DNA from: Carcharhinus longimanus
Lineage: Eukaryota
Direction: 5' to 3'
Length of the DNA stretch: 64,000 bases
NCBI GenBank assembly: GCA_030264375.1
Contig: JASCQW010000128.1
Location: forward strand, 14,453,771 to 14,517,770
The notes under the pieces were generated by a model. It was given only the letters and a program-made list of their open reading frames with translations. It made no database searches and was not told the DNA's origin. The stretch's first letter is position 1. Each line of letters opens with the position of its first letter. The position numbers and the translations under genes were made by a program. Below are positions 37,601-49,990 of this stretch, piece by piece.

Positions 37601-40071
37601 ATGATTAAATAGATGTGACTGTGTATATGGTGTAAATGTGGTGTGCAAGACCACAGTCATCAACCTTTTATATTCTGACCTATGCTGAAGCAATTGCTAC
37701 TTTCTATTGTAAAAATGATTGCAGAGAATGATGTATGGTACACTTCATATGTGGGATGTTCAGATGATTCCAGCCTCTTTAAAATTTAATAACATGCTGA
37801 GGTATTCAGATAATGTACTACAGATGTGTTCTCCACCAAATCATTGATTACTGTTTGACGTGTGAAATATAAAACAAGGAACACTTCCTCACTTGGGGGC
37901 CTCATAATAAACTCCCGATGTATAATATGTACAAATAGCTGCCTAGTAATTAAAAAGGAGAATTTATTTTTTGTTGCACATTCCCAATGATTTGAAGTTG
38001 TTCTGTGTGAGGTAGTAATGTCATTCTTCCAGTGCTGTTTCATTATTTCAGGGTGGGCGTCACTGCTGGAGACATAGAAAACAAACAATGATTCAGGACA
38101 ATGGTTGCAATTATGAGTTGACTTTGGGCAGAAGGGCAGCGAGATGAATTAGAAGCTCATGTTGCTTCAGAAATGAGGCCTTGGCCTCTCTTAAATTCCA
38201 TAGTTGACTTCCACCTCTTGACAACATCGTCCTGGGCCAGCTTTCACATATGTCCTGAATACACCCAGCTCTGGCTGGATATATTCCTGGAGATTTCATT
38301 GCATGAACTCCTGCCTCCAGCCACTTTGTCTTGCCTGCATTCACCTGTACTGTCAGTCCTCACCGTGGGCCACCTTCCTGTGCTAATTGAAAAGCAACTT
38401 CGTTAACTGATGGGACGATTCATCACTGTTGGTCAACAGCCTTCTCTTTGCCCGTGATCAGTAATTTTATAACTACTGAATAAAATTATTCAAATAACAT
38501 TTTAAAATGCACAACTCCTTTAATGCCCCTCTTGGGCTGCTTGTAGTCATGTCGTGGAGATTAATCTTTAATTCCTAGAGAATCCCGGACAATTCTGGAA
38601 GTTGGCAATCCTACCTCTGTTTCAGCAGACTGCTTGTCCAATGTTCAATCTTCGGCAAACTGCAGTTTTTTCATCTAAATATTGACCTGACTGAGGCCAT
38701 GGCCTTCAACCTGACCAGCTCTACCACCCTCCCTGACGGCTGTCTCCAGTTTCACCTGACTGTTCACAACTCCGCTATGAGTTGACTTTTTTGACTTTCT
38801 ACCTTTTATGATCCCAGTCAATGTTACTAAAGGACGGGGAGATTTCAGAATGGAATCCTGGCACAATAACTTGTGCTTTTCTTTTAAGAAAACATACATG
38901 AACAAAATCAAAGGACTGCCAATTAGCTTTTAGAACAGTTTGACTGTAATACAATACTCCCTCCCCTCCCCTATCTTCACAAATATACACAGATTCCCTT
39001 CTATCCACAGGCTGACCATGATCAGACACACTTCACTCGAAAAGCAAGTGTCAGATGCCATCCATTCAAACTTCTGTAGACTTCTCCTCAAATCTCCCCT
39101 AGTGATTCGTACATCATGAGCCAACTTGCCTTACTGGACTCTGGCTTCCACGTGAGGGAGTCCAAACTCCACTCTTGAGAAGACATGCTTCAGAAACTTC
39201 TTAAAAACAATGCTTTCCCTCAGTTGTCCCCAACAAGGATCCACTTCCAGGTTTTACCACTCTTTCTTTCAGTATTCCTTTGTTTGAAACTTTCAAGCTT
39301 TCTAACAAACTTGAGAGATCCAACCACTAATTGCTTTACAGTAGCTTCAACTGTTGCTTCACATGCTGTAGTAAAATATCTCAAAACTTATCACTTCCAA
39401 TATCTTTAGTTTTTCACTAGGCAACTTAATCAATTGCTTCAATTTCAATTCTGTCTTTAACTCCACTGAACAGCATCCCGTTCCAGTTTATATCCATTTT
39501 ATATTCCAGTTCATTTGGCTTCAGACTTCCTGGGATGTTTCTTTTCATTCTCTAATTTCCGTAACTAGCTGCTCTTTAGTTTCTGGTGTGTTTTTTGCAG
39601 CTCCCTTGTCCTGCTTCTGCGTCTCATTGAGCTGTTTTCTCTCTCGCTTCTAAACTCCATCTGCTATGCATACAGCTAAAACACAATCAGAAGGTCTGTC
39701 TCTGCTAAAGTGGCCTCTGGTTGCTAAGCAACATCTCATTCTTTCCCCAAGCTCTTGTTTACTTTTCCCATTGTAAACTGTCTCCCTACACAATAGAAAC
39801 ATAGTTTAAACTAAAACCAAAAATCCCCATACTTGCAGACATCTTTGTCTAACATGAATCTAACTAGAGTTGTACCCTTTCCTACACAAACACTAAAGTA
39901 AATCCACTTGAATCAATACCATATTTCTAACATTTAACAATACAATTACATATCACTTAAATGTACCTCTTCTTCCTGACACACCACAAAGGCAACCTAG
40001 TTCCTCCAAAACATCACCGGTCCCCATCCTACAAAAGCCCTCATCCTTGTCCTTGTTATCCCCAGTCTGGA

Positions 40072-40287
40072 ATAAAAGAAAAATAATATGGATGCTGGAA
40101 ATCTGAAGTAAGAAGAGAAAATGCTGGAAGTGGTTAGGAGGTCTGGTTGGAGAGATAAACAGTGTTAACATTTTGAGTTGGATATGACCCTTCAGAACTC
40201 TTCCTTTCTGAAAAAATGTTAACTATCTTTCTCGCTCTACAGATGCTGTTAAACCTGCTGAGAATTCCCAGCACTTTTTGTTCTTAC
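40072..40287. mobile_element. Palindromic short element, same family as 37165-37387
   Basis: gaaaatgctggaa...gttaacattttgag versus tgttaac...acagatgctg...acctgctgagaattcccagcactttt. Confidence 0.75.
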
Positions 40288-40491
40288 TCCCAGACCAGGC
40301 CATTCCAGCTCTTGATTTCCCATCCTTCTAAAGTCATAAAAGACACTTTCAAGGTGTAATTCTTTCTTTCTAAGATGATCTGCAACAAAGCACGTAGAAA
40401 TAGTGCTTTCTGTTGTTTGCATTTCAAACTTGCAGTGTTGTGTTGAGGAACTGATCAGTAAGGTTGAAGTTTGTATGTCAGTTGTATCTTG

Positions 40492-40815
40492 TTAGTAGCA
40501 ACCTCAGTTCTGAGTCAGAAGGTTGTGGTTTATAGTCCCACACCAGGATGTGCGCACAATCTAGGCTGATGCTTCAGTGTGGTACTGAGGAAGTGTTGCT
40601 CTGTCAGAGTGCCATTTTTCAAATGAAGCAATAATTATCTAGTCATTACCACATTGCTAATTGTGGGACCTTACTCTGTGCAAATTAGCCATTGAGTTAA
40701 CTACACTAAAAGAGTGACCACACTTCAAAAATACCTAATTAACTATAATGAACTTTGGGATGTTCAATGGTCATGAAAGATTCTACGTAAATGCAAACAT
40801 GTCTGTCTTTCTGTC
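40492..40815 (+). mobile_element. SacSINE1/Deu-SINE-like element
   Basis: tctgagtcagaaggttgtgg...ctaggctga...gtggtactgagg...cacttcaaaa...gtaaatgcaa. Confidence 0.75.
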
Positions 40816-41074
40816 TTCATAGTGACCCATTTTGCAAAAGTTTACAAATTTCAAAGCTCGTGAGTTGCACCTGTTTGACTCACTGTTCAGTGAATGTCGA
40901 TCTGTATTTGCAGCAGAAAGATAAGTGAGTATGTAGAGGAAAGACATCCGAAAACATACTTGGACAAGATTCAAAAGCCTATTTCAACAATAGGCACCCT
41001 CTGCAAAGTCAGAGAGGGAGAAAAAGCCAGACTAAAATGAACTGAAAGGAAAATCCAGTGTGGAGATATGATGC

Positions 41075-41430
41075 GTAAGAAATAGGAATAGGGGTAGGAT
41101 CCTTCAGCTCTCCTCTGTCATTTAATAAGATCTTGGCTAATCTCAATGTGACTTTAATTCCACTTTGCTGCTTGCTCCCCTAACCCTTGACTCCCTTGTA
41201 AATAAAAAATCTATCTATCTTGGCCTTGAATATATTCAATGACCCACCCTCCACTGGTCTCTAGGGAAGAGAATTCCAAAGATTAACAACCCTCCAAGAA
41301 AATAAATTTCTACTCAACTCTATCTAAAATGGGAGATCCCTTACTTTGAAACTTCGCCCCACGGTTCTAGATCCCCCCACAAGGGGAAACATGCTCTCAG
41401 CACCTACACTGTTAATCCCCTTCAGAATCG
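41075..41430 (-). mobile_element. CR1 LINE 3' fragment
   Basis: YTILKGINSVGAESMFPLVGGSRTVGRSFKVRDLPF frame; taagaaatagga tail. Confidence 0.8.
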
Positions 41431-44039
41431 TATATGGTATAACGTCTGGGAGCATTAGCACTGGAATCACACAAAGCTCATCAGAGGTATTGCCAAGTCT
41501 GTGAAAATAAACTTCTAATCCAAGCATGAACTCTTTCACATTTACTGCAACTGTCTTTGAATACTCTAACGATGGTTAATCTGTTGCCAGTTTGCACCCA
41601 TGAATAACAGGGTATTTTTAAAATCCAAATTTGAAAACAAGACTGTTTTATTGTTGCTATTGATCTTTTTGCTGTGATTGAATCACTGAATAGGTTAGAT
41701 GGACTGCAGTGGGATGATTTTAAAATTGGCTATTTTTATCTTGTTCCTGATTCAAGCACAACGCCCTTGGCAATGTGTGCTCGTCCGGACTAAACTGTAT
41801 TGAGGGTGTGGTGTGGCTCACAAGTATCAAGTAATCAGTCGGACAAAGAGTATAATAACTGGGGCGAGGTCATCAAAAAATCCAGTATAATTAGAAAACT
41901 TATCATTTCATACCAAAGTAATATTGGTATTATGATGTGGCAGCTGTAACTTTGACTATAATTTTTTTCCTGACCAGCTATGCTAATAGCAGATACTGAC
42001 TGCCTCAAAATACTAGTTCACAGGATATATGGGTGTCACTGGCAAGAGAGGCGGTCATTGCCCATCCCTAGTTGTCCTTGAGAAGGTGGTGGTGGGCATT
42101 CTTGAACCACTGCATGCGTGCAATGAAGGTATTCCTACACTGCTGCTGTTAGGTAGGAGCTTCTGGAATTTTGATCCAGCATTTTAATAAATAAAGTTGC
42201 TGATTTCTCATTTCATATTATAACCTATTGATAAATTTAATTGTAAAATTAGGTTACCAAGCTGACTAACTGTTTTGGGTGACTTTGGAATCTTTTTGCA
42301 CCCATCTTTTGATGTGTCTGGAAGAAGGAAAGGTCATTAGAGTTCATGTGTTTACAGCTTATGCTTAGAGGACATTTATGTAAAGCCACTCAGACCACAG
42401 GCGTCTGCATGAGGCAGCATTTTACCACAGACGCTGTAGTAGTGTGAGACTATGGCCCAGTAAGGAAATAGGAAGAAGCAGCGTTGTATGCTTTCACAGA
42501 TTCTATGTGATGCTCAATCTGTGACAGATGGCAGGATCTTCCGATCCTGCTGAAGGGGATAAGCGAGATACGCAAGACTTTGGCTAGACCGGAAGATCTT
42601 GCAGGTGAGCCGCCTCCGCTGCTGGAAAACCCTATCATGGCAGGGGTGGGGTGCTGGAAAATTCCCCTCCCCACAATGTCTTTCAAAATTGAATAAAAAA
42701 TCTGGTAGAGAATGAATTAAAGAGGGACTCAGTTTCCTGAACCTTTCTTTTTAAAATAAGCATATAAAATGAATTAGTTGAGATTCTCTGCCAGGGTAAC
42801 AAGTGTGGGCACAGTTACGACATTATTCCTGGTCAAATAATTCACAGATGTTCACTTCTCAACTTTAGTACTGAAGACTTTTCATGCTCAGGTGAGGTGC
42901 TGAAGAGCTGTTAATGTGCCTTGAATGTAACTCCAATGTGACTCGCCACTTCTGGAGGAGGGAGGAATGTTGTAACTACTGTAGGAAGGAGGTGACAATG
43001 GTGAAGTTGAACTCTCAGATTAGAGAGCATAAAACGTGGCCGTAACCACAACACTTCGTACTCGTATAGTATCTTTAGCATAATGAAACATCCCAATACA
43101 CTTCCCAAGGGTAATATCAAACCACATATTGGGGTTAATGCAGTAAACATTAAAGACTGTCTTGGAGGAGGAAAGGAAGGGGAAAAGATTTAGGGCTTCA
43201 GCAACTGAAAACATGGCTGCCAGTAGCAGAGAGATCAAACTCTTGGAGATCTGTGGACTATTGTAGAGTAGGTACACAGTAGGAATATCCAGAAAGTATG
43301 TCAATCCAACTGAGATTGCTTTTGGGATGAACAAAGGTTCAGCATATTGCGCAACTGGCTGACTGTCATGTGGCACAATGCACACTAACAAGCACTTAGA
43401 GAAAAAAGCTCCAGATAATATAGTGTTGTTTTCCACAGTGGCTTAGAGGCCAGATACATTGTATAGTGTAAGACAGAGCCATGCAAGCCAAGAATCCTCC
43501 AGGTTTAATTGGGTCTGGAGGAGCATTGGTTAAGAAATTGCTCTTGATCTCAGTCTGTGTGAGATGTGTTAAATGACACTATTGGCGGCTCTGCATTTAC
43601 TGTCCCGTCCTAAACTGCTCCACCTCTCGTCCTTTAAAATACATCTTACGATCTACCATTATGACAAAGCTTTAAATCAGCGGTACTAATGTCTCTTCTT
43701 GGCGTGATTTTTTTTTTGCATATATTAAGCTGCTGAAACCATGGTTTCCCAAACTTTTCCAGTCACGGAATTCTTTGATCTCCCAAAAGTAAACCCTGAG
43801 AAACATGTTTATTATGTTGAAAAGTTAAACCAGAAAAAGCTGATGGTTTTTGTGCAATAGGTAGAATGTACAAAATCAAATTTATCAAAGTCTTTTCTAT
43901 TTCTTGTAAGTATACACTTCCTAGAATAAAAAAGTTCTCTTATTCAACTGTGTATTGAAGTCTTACCTTTTTGTCATTTTTAACGGAGGAGTAATGCTGC
44001 TTATTTTGCTCACAAATTCACTTAATATTAGGAGAGCTG

Positions 44040-44390
44040 GGCTCTCCTATCAGACATTCACACGTACTTTCTCTCATCTCTCCCTCACACACACTCCCAG
44101 CTCACTCCCTCTCTCTCAAACACACTCACTCACCTCGCACACGCACACATTCTCCCATATTTACATACACAGTCAAATCTCTCCCCACACACAGTCTCTC
44201 ACCCCTCTTTCACACACATGCACACACACTTTTTCGCTCCCTCCCTCATGCACACACTCTCTCTATCTCTCATCTCTCTGTTATACCCACACTCAAACCT
44301 CTCTCGCACCTGTCTCTCACACCAGTCCCTCACACCTGTCCCTCACACATACACTCTCAGTGCTCGCTCTCTCTCTCACACGCACATAAA
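44040..44390. repeat. CA/CT low-complexity microsatellite-like tract
   Basis: Runs of cacaca/ctctct. Confidence 0.85.
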
Positions 44391-44420
44391 ACATGTGCAC
44401 AGGTCTCTCTGTACTTTGCT

Positions 44421-44662
44421 CCATGGCTGCTTCCCCCCCTTGTCCCAGAGCCACAACCTCTCTTATTTCATGGCTACTTCCCCTCCTATCCCAATGCCTG
44501 CTACCTCCCTCACTCCATGACTGCTTTCCCTTCCCCTCCCTCCTCAGGGCTGCTTCCCCTCCTTCCCCATGGCCGCTTCTCCTCCCGCCCCATGGCCACT
44601 TTCCCTTCTGTCCCATGGCTGCCTCCCCTCCTTTCCAAGGGCTACTTCCCCTCCTGCCCCAA
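44421..44662 (+). repeat. Minisatellite, ~23-24-bp unit CCATGGCTGCTTCCCCTCCTNCC, about 10 diverged copies
   Basis: Recurring ccatggctgcttcccc / catggctacttcccc / ccatggccgcttctcc / agggctacttcccc. Confidence 0.8.
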
Positions 44663-45026
44663 GACCCCTACCTCGCTCCGCTATCAGCTCGCTTTTGTTC
44701 TGCCACCCACTGACCATTGCTGCCACAACTTTGGGACTTTGTATGGTCACTTTGCTTCAGTTTCCAGCTTGTCTAATCAGATGCTAATTTCTCAGTGCAT
44801 TGATTATCGATAGGCCGTCTAATGCATCTATTGGTGAAAACCACCTCTGTCTGGTCAGGTTGGAAGAACTGCTTTCTTCAAATTTACAACAGCCAGACCT
44901 ATCCCATACCCCATAAATGTCACCTCTGGAACCCCAGTGTTCCATGGAACCCAGTTTGGGAAACATGGCCTAGGCCATTAGCTATAGAATCCCATTCCTA
45001 AACCTCTCTCTTCCATTCACATGACA

Positions 45027-46180
45027 CACAAGAACATAAGAAATAGAAGCAAGAATTGGCCTCCAGACTGTTTAAGTCTGCCCCACCATTCAATACAATC
45101 ATGGTTGATCTATGCTTCTCAGCTCCTTTTCTGTGCCATTTCCCCACAGCCCTCTATTCCTCAATCTACCAAACATTTATCCACCTCCATTTTAATACTT
45201 CTAATGATCCAGCCCCCTCCTGCGGCAGAGATTTCCAGAGATTCACCACCTACCATACCATCTATCTTGCTAAGCCCCCTCTGGGACATATCTATTTGAA
45301 TAAGTTCATCCCTTGCTCTTCTAAACTCCAAGGAATACAGACCCAGACTATTTAGTCTCTCTTGATAGGATAATCTTCTCATCCCAGGAATTAGCTTGGT
45401 GAATCTTCTTTAGACAGCCTCCAGTGTTACTCTATTCTTTTTTTAGGCAAGGGGACCAAAACCATATGCAACATTCCAGATGAGATCTCACCAACACTCT
45501 GTACAATTATGACAAAACCTCCCTATTTTTAAACTCCAACCCCTTTGTAATAAAGGCCAAAATGTCATTAGTCTTTACTTGTTGGACTTGCTAGCTTTTC
45601 GTGATTCACGCACAAGAACACCTAGATCCCTCTTCATTCACCTGTAGTCTCTCTCTCCATTTAGATAATAATCTGCCTTTTGATTCTTCCTACCAAAATG
45701 CATGACTTCACACTTCCTCACATTAAACTCCATTTGCCAGGTTTTCACCCAGTTACCCAATCTATCCATCCTGTTGCAAAATTAGAATATCCCCATCACA
45801 CCATGCCCTTCCACCAATCTTCGTATCATTGGCAAATTTGGAAACCTTGCATTCTGTTCCTTCCTCCAGGTCATTAACATAAATAATGAACAATTGCGAG
45901 CCAAGAACTGATCCCTGTGGTACTCCACTAGTTACATCTTTCCACTCCGTGAAGGACCCATTTATTCCAACTTTGTTTTCTATGTGACAGCCAGTTTTCA
46001 ATCCATGCTAATACACTTTCTCCAATTCCATGGGCGTTGACTTTATGCACTAGCCTCTTATGCGGCACTTTGTCAAATGCTTTTTGGAAATGTAAATACA
46101 CCACATCTATAGGTTCTCCTCTGTCTACAATCCCTGTTACTTCCTCAGAATTCAAGCAAATTTGTCAAGCATGCTTCTTA
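45027..46180 (-). mobile_element. CR1 LINE fragment with reverse-transcriptase remnants
   Basis: DVVYLHFQKAFDKVPHKRL; VTSGVPQGSVLG..LFIIYVNDL...SKFANDTK; LGLYSLEFRR; aagaacataagaaatag tail. Confidence 0.92.
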
Positions 46181-47643
46181 AAACCTATTTCTTTGGCAAG
46201 GTTTTTTGCCAATTACCTGAATATCTCATGTGTGATGTCATGCCATATTTTGTTTGATAATACTCCTGTGAAGCTCCTTGGATGTGTGCTTTATAAATGC
46301 AAGTTATTGTAAAGAGTTGAGGACAGTAAATCTGTTTACACTCAAGGCCAAAGAGTAGTCCCAGCCTACATCAAATGACAGTGCCTATGCAAAGAGTCAC
46401 TGGATAAACGCAAGTTTTTGCATGTTACAATGGGTCCCATTAATGTGCAAAGCTTGAAATGACACACAGATTTTCATTAGCAGAGCAAATTTGCAGGGAA
46501 ATGACAGAGAGGTGCAAAAACTTTAATTGTCCTTTTATAAATTAGGATAGCAACAGTTGTGATAAAAACATCATATTTTTTCAATATTTTCCCAATACCA
46601 GAGTGATATAATGTAAAACAGATTTCTATGTGTGTGTAAACCTAGAAGATGCACTGGAATTTACTTTATTGATACAACAGACTTGTGTTAATGCATGCAT
46701 CTTATAATGTAATAGTTTACATAAGTATAGTAAATAATGCAAGGTGAGTTGAGAAAATGAATCCATCTTTTAGAATTATGATAGATAATTTTTCCATAAG
46801 TTTGGAGGTGTGATGAAACTATCATATTTTTCAATATTTTCCCATCACTGTGCTATGCTGTGAAATGGGCTTATTTATATATGGATGTAACTAATTTACT
46901 TACTCTAAGGACAGCTTGCAAGGTTAAAACATCAAAAGGATTAAGTGTGAAAGCAAGTATTTTGGATTGGAGATTGGGAACAGTGAGCTGTATGAGTGGA
47001 AATTTGCCTTAGAAGATAAGGAGGGTGACTTGAAGTTTAACTGTTGTAAATGCATAAAGCAAGGTATTAAGTTTCTTTTTTATACAAAAGTAGTAGCCAT
47101 AAAAAAGCATGGAAGATCTGGGAAAAGGAACTTCCAAAGAGATGTAAGAACACTAGTTTTAAAAATGAAAATATATTTAAAGAGAGATTGAAGGCTAGAT
47201 TGGGGATATGATCATGTGATCCAATAGGGCATATGGATTGGAGCAGACCTGTGAAGAAGGTAGTTTGGAGCCAATCTTTGAGAAGACCAGTGTTGTGTCT
47301 GTAAGGTTTTGATACAAACTTTGGCTATTCAGTATTGAATGAGAGATGGATAATCCTGTCTGATATCTCCCTTGTAACAAATGCTAAAATTACTGGATTT
47401 CTTATGGATTAAAATCAATGAGGACTGTTGCCTCAAAGGGGTGTTTATGTCTGATTTTAATGAAGCAGAAACATTTTGGGCAATGTTTGTAGAACTACTG
47501 TTAACTGTGTAAATGTAATCTTGCATATTTAGGTTTTCTTTTGTTTTTTAATAAATGTTGAAATTTAAGATTTAAAATCTCCCAGAGTGATTTAAAATCT
47601 GCACTCCTGACCTCAGTGCAGATACCTTCCCATTATGGAATAC

Positions 47644-48317
47644 TATTAGAGCCCTGGGCCAGAATCCCGAATTGCATTAGGAAGCCAGGCTAGACCTCAA
47701 CATTTTTTTCTATTTTGGCATAAATGTGAGGACAGCATACTTCACTCCAGGGCTAATTCCACTGACAAATTAGGGACCATTTATAGCAGAACAAACTTTA
47801 TTTAATAATACGATTTCAGTATAATGCTAACAAAAAGAAGCATTTTAATTCTTAGCAGTTGAACAATAGTAAAAAAAAAGGCAACAACTCCAGTTTCTAA
47901 CTTACCACTGTTTCAATAAGCAAGGTTCTCTTACAGACTTAAAATTGCACTTTAAGCATAATTAGCAACTATATCTATACTTGCCACAAGGGGTATAGAC
48001 AGCAAGAGATGAATTTTGAGTTTCAGAGCAGCTTGTAAACCTCCGTCTTTAAACAAACCCCAGCCAAAACTGCTACAAACCTACTGTTCCCATTAACTAT
48101 ATTATTGCATGACCCTGTCAATCAACTTAATCAAAAACCCCAGGGGAAATCTTCATCTATAAGCAAAAATCCATTAGCGCTCTCCTATGTAAACAGTAAA
48201 TATTAAAATGAGCAATTATTCTCCTCTCCAGCATCTGAGCTATATTCCTCAAAGACCCACTGACTGTATAAAAAAGCTGAATTTTAAACATAAAAATATA
48301 TATATGTATCCATGACA
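47644..48317 (-). mobile_element. Possible solo LTR
   Basis: Ends in catgaca, tttatt (AATAAA on -) near the left end; left terminus eroded and no TSD confirmed. Confidence 0.35.
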
Positions 48318-48439
48318 ACTACTAACTTCGCAATACAAATTGCAAATCATTGTGATAGCTTGTCCCAAGCTTCTCTTTGAGATTTGGGAAGCCCTGGAAT
48401 TACTACCTATGTATCATAGCTTAGTATAAAGGACAGAAA

Positions 48440-48780
48440 AGAAAAGAGCTTATAAGCGAATTCTCTTGATCAGTATGTTCCTATCCCAGTGAGGTAGGAA
48501 GCAGTGATGATCTGGTTGTGGAGAAAGAGCTTGACAAGTGGATCAAGTATCATTATGGGAACATTTAAGGAACAGTGATCATGGTATTATAGGATTTAGG
48601 TTAGCTTTGGAAAAAGACAAGGAGTAACTGGGAATGGAAATGTTTAATTGGAGGAGGGCCAATTTCACATGGGGTGAGAGTGGATTTAGCTCAACTAAAT
48701 TGGAATCAAAAAATGACAAACAAAACTGCAATGGAAGAATGAGTAACCATTAAAAATGAGATAATTCGGATATAATCCCA
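48440..48780 (+). mobile_element. Decayed CR1 ORF2 (endonuclease/linker) fragment
   Basis: Frame remnants SDH..IGFRLALEKDK and FNWRRANF...RVDLAQLNWNQ. Confidence 0.55.
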
Positions 48781-49472
48781 TGAGGAAGAAGGATAGGAGA
48801 GCCAAAGCCCATGTTCTCTATGAAGAAAGTGAGTAAGGTGAAACAGGAAAAGGGAATGAAGAGCAGATGTCAGATTGATGATGTAAATGAGAACCAGGGT
48901 GAAAATAGAAGGTTCAGAGGTGAAGTGAAAAACAGTACAAGAGATATAAAAGAAAGTCATTTCGAGGTTTCTAGTCAATTGTGCAATATAAATGTTATTC
49001 ATTAGGTTCTTGTATCCTTGGTTAACATTACCAATTTCAACTTGATGGGCTTCAGTTCCTGCTGGTTGAAGTATGTTAGCACACTTGGTTCATACATGCC
49101 ATATGGCATTTTTAACATTTCTCTTGTACATCATTTTACTTCCTTTAATTTCTAGTTTATTATCCTCTTCATCTTCCAGTTAAGATAAGGCAATAATTTA
49201 TGCGCAAGGTGCCAGATTACTTCATGGAGCAGGGAGGGGGAGATGATAGGTTTCTTTGGAACCTCTCTGGTTCCACCACAGTAACTTTATTGGGAATACA
49301 GTTTGTATGTATACATAGGATTTCTGCACACTTCTAATGCTGAATGCCAGAAGTGTGCTTCCCCATCCTGAGAAACCCAAGCCCCATCTCACTCACCTCA
49401 GCCATCGTTTCTGTTTTTCTGAAAGCAGCATTTAGAGCAGGAATGGCACAGCCTATTCTTTCTCCTCACGTC

Positions 49473-49990
49473 AATAACTTGCATTGATGTGGCACCTTTA
49501 TCATTGAAAAATCTTTCATGGCACCTGACAGGAGTGTTTGAAACCAAAGTTCGACACAGAGCTGCAGAAGATGAGATTAGGTCAGGTGGCCAAAAGCTTG
49601 GTCAAAGAGACAAGTTTTAAGGAGCGTATTAAAGAGAGGTGGCAAGGCAGAGAGCTTTAGGGAGGGACAGTTGAAAGAACAACCACCATAGTGGAGTTGA
49701 GGAAATCAGGAATATGTGAGAGACTAGAGTTGGAGAAGCATTCAGAACTGAAAGAGATGCCAGGCCAAAAGACGATTCATTGTCGGGGAGAATGAAGGCC
49801 ATGGAGGCTTTTGAAAAGAAGGAGAAGAATCTTAAAACTGAGGTGTTTCTGGCCTTAGAGCCAATGTCAGTCAGTGAGCACTGGGGTCGTGGGACTTGAA
49901 ATGACTTAGGATATGGACAGCAAAGTTTTGGATGACCTCAAGTTTAAGGAGGGTACATATGATGAGAGGTTGGCCTCGAGAAAATTAGAA
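49473..49990 (-). mobile_element. L2 LINE 3' fragment
   Basis: aataacttgcatt...ggtggccaaaagcttggtcaaagag...ttttaaggagcg...agttttggatgacctcaagttt; short relatives at ~43050-43260, 54270-54360, 55190-55385 and 56610-56720. Confidence 0.7.

Larger units (their letters stand above)
43740..44967. mobile_element. Non-autonomous hAT (Charlie-like) element carrying simple repeats
   Basis: TIRs catggtttcccaaact (43740-43755) and agtttgggaaacatg (44953-44967); subterminal ggaacccc...ggaaccc; TSD eroded. Confidence 0.65.

Noticed and set aside
38700-39950. Possible Gypsy gag/LTR remnant
   Set aside because: Impression only; no diagnostic motif could be read in any frame.
44421-44662. CRISPR-like array
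   Set aside because: Contiguous degenerate tandem units without unique spacers, in a eukaryotic context, with no cas genes.
43955-44813. Cluster of 100-144-aa ORFs
   Set aside because: Produced by stop-poor micro- and minisatellite sequence.
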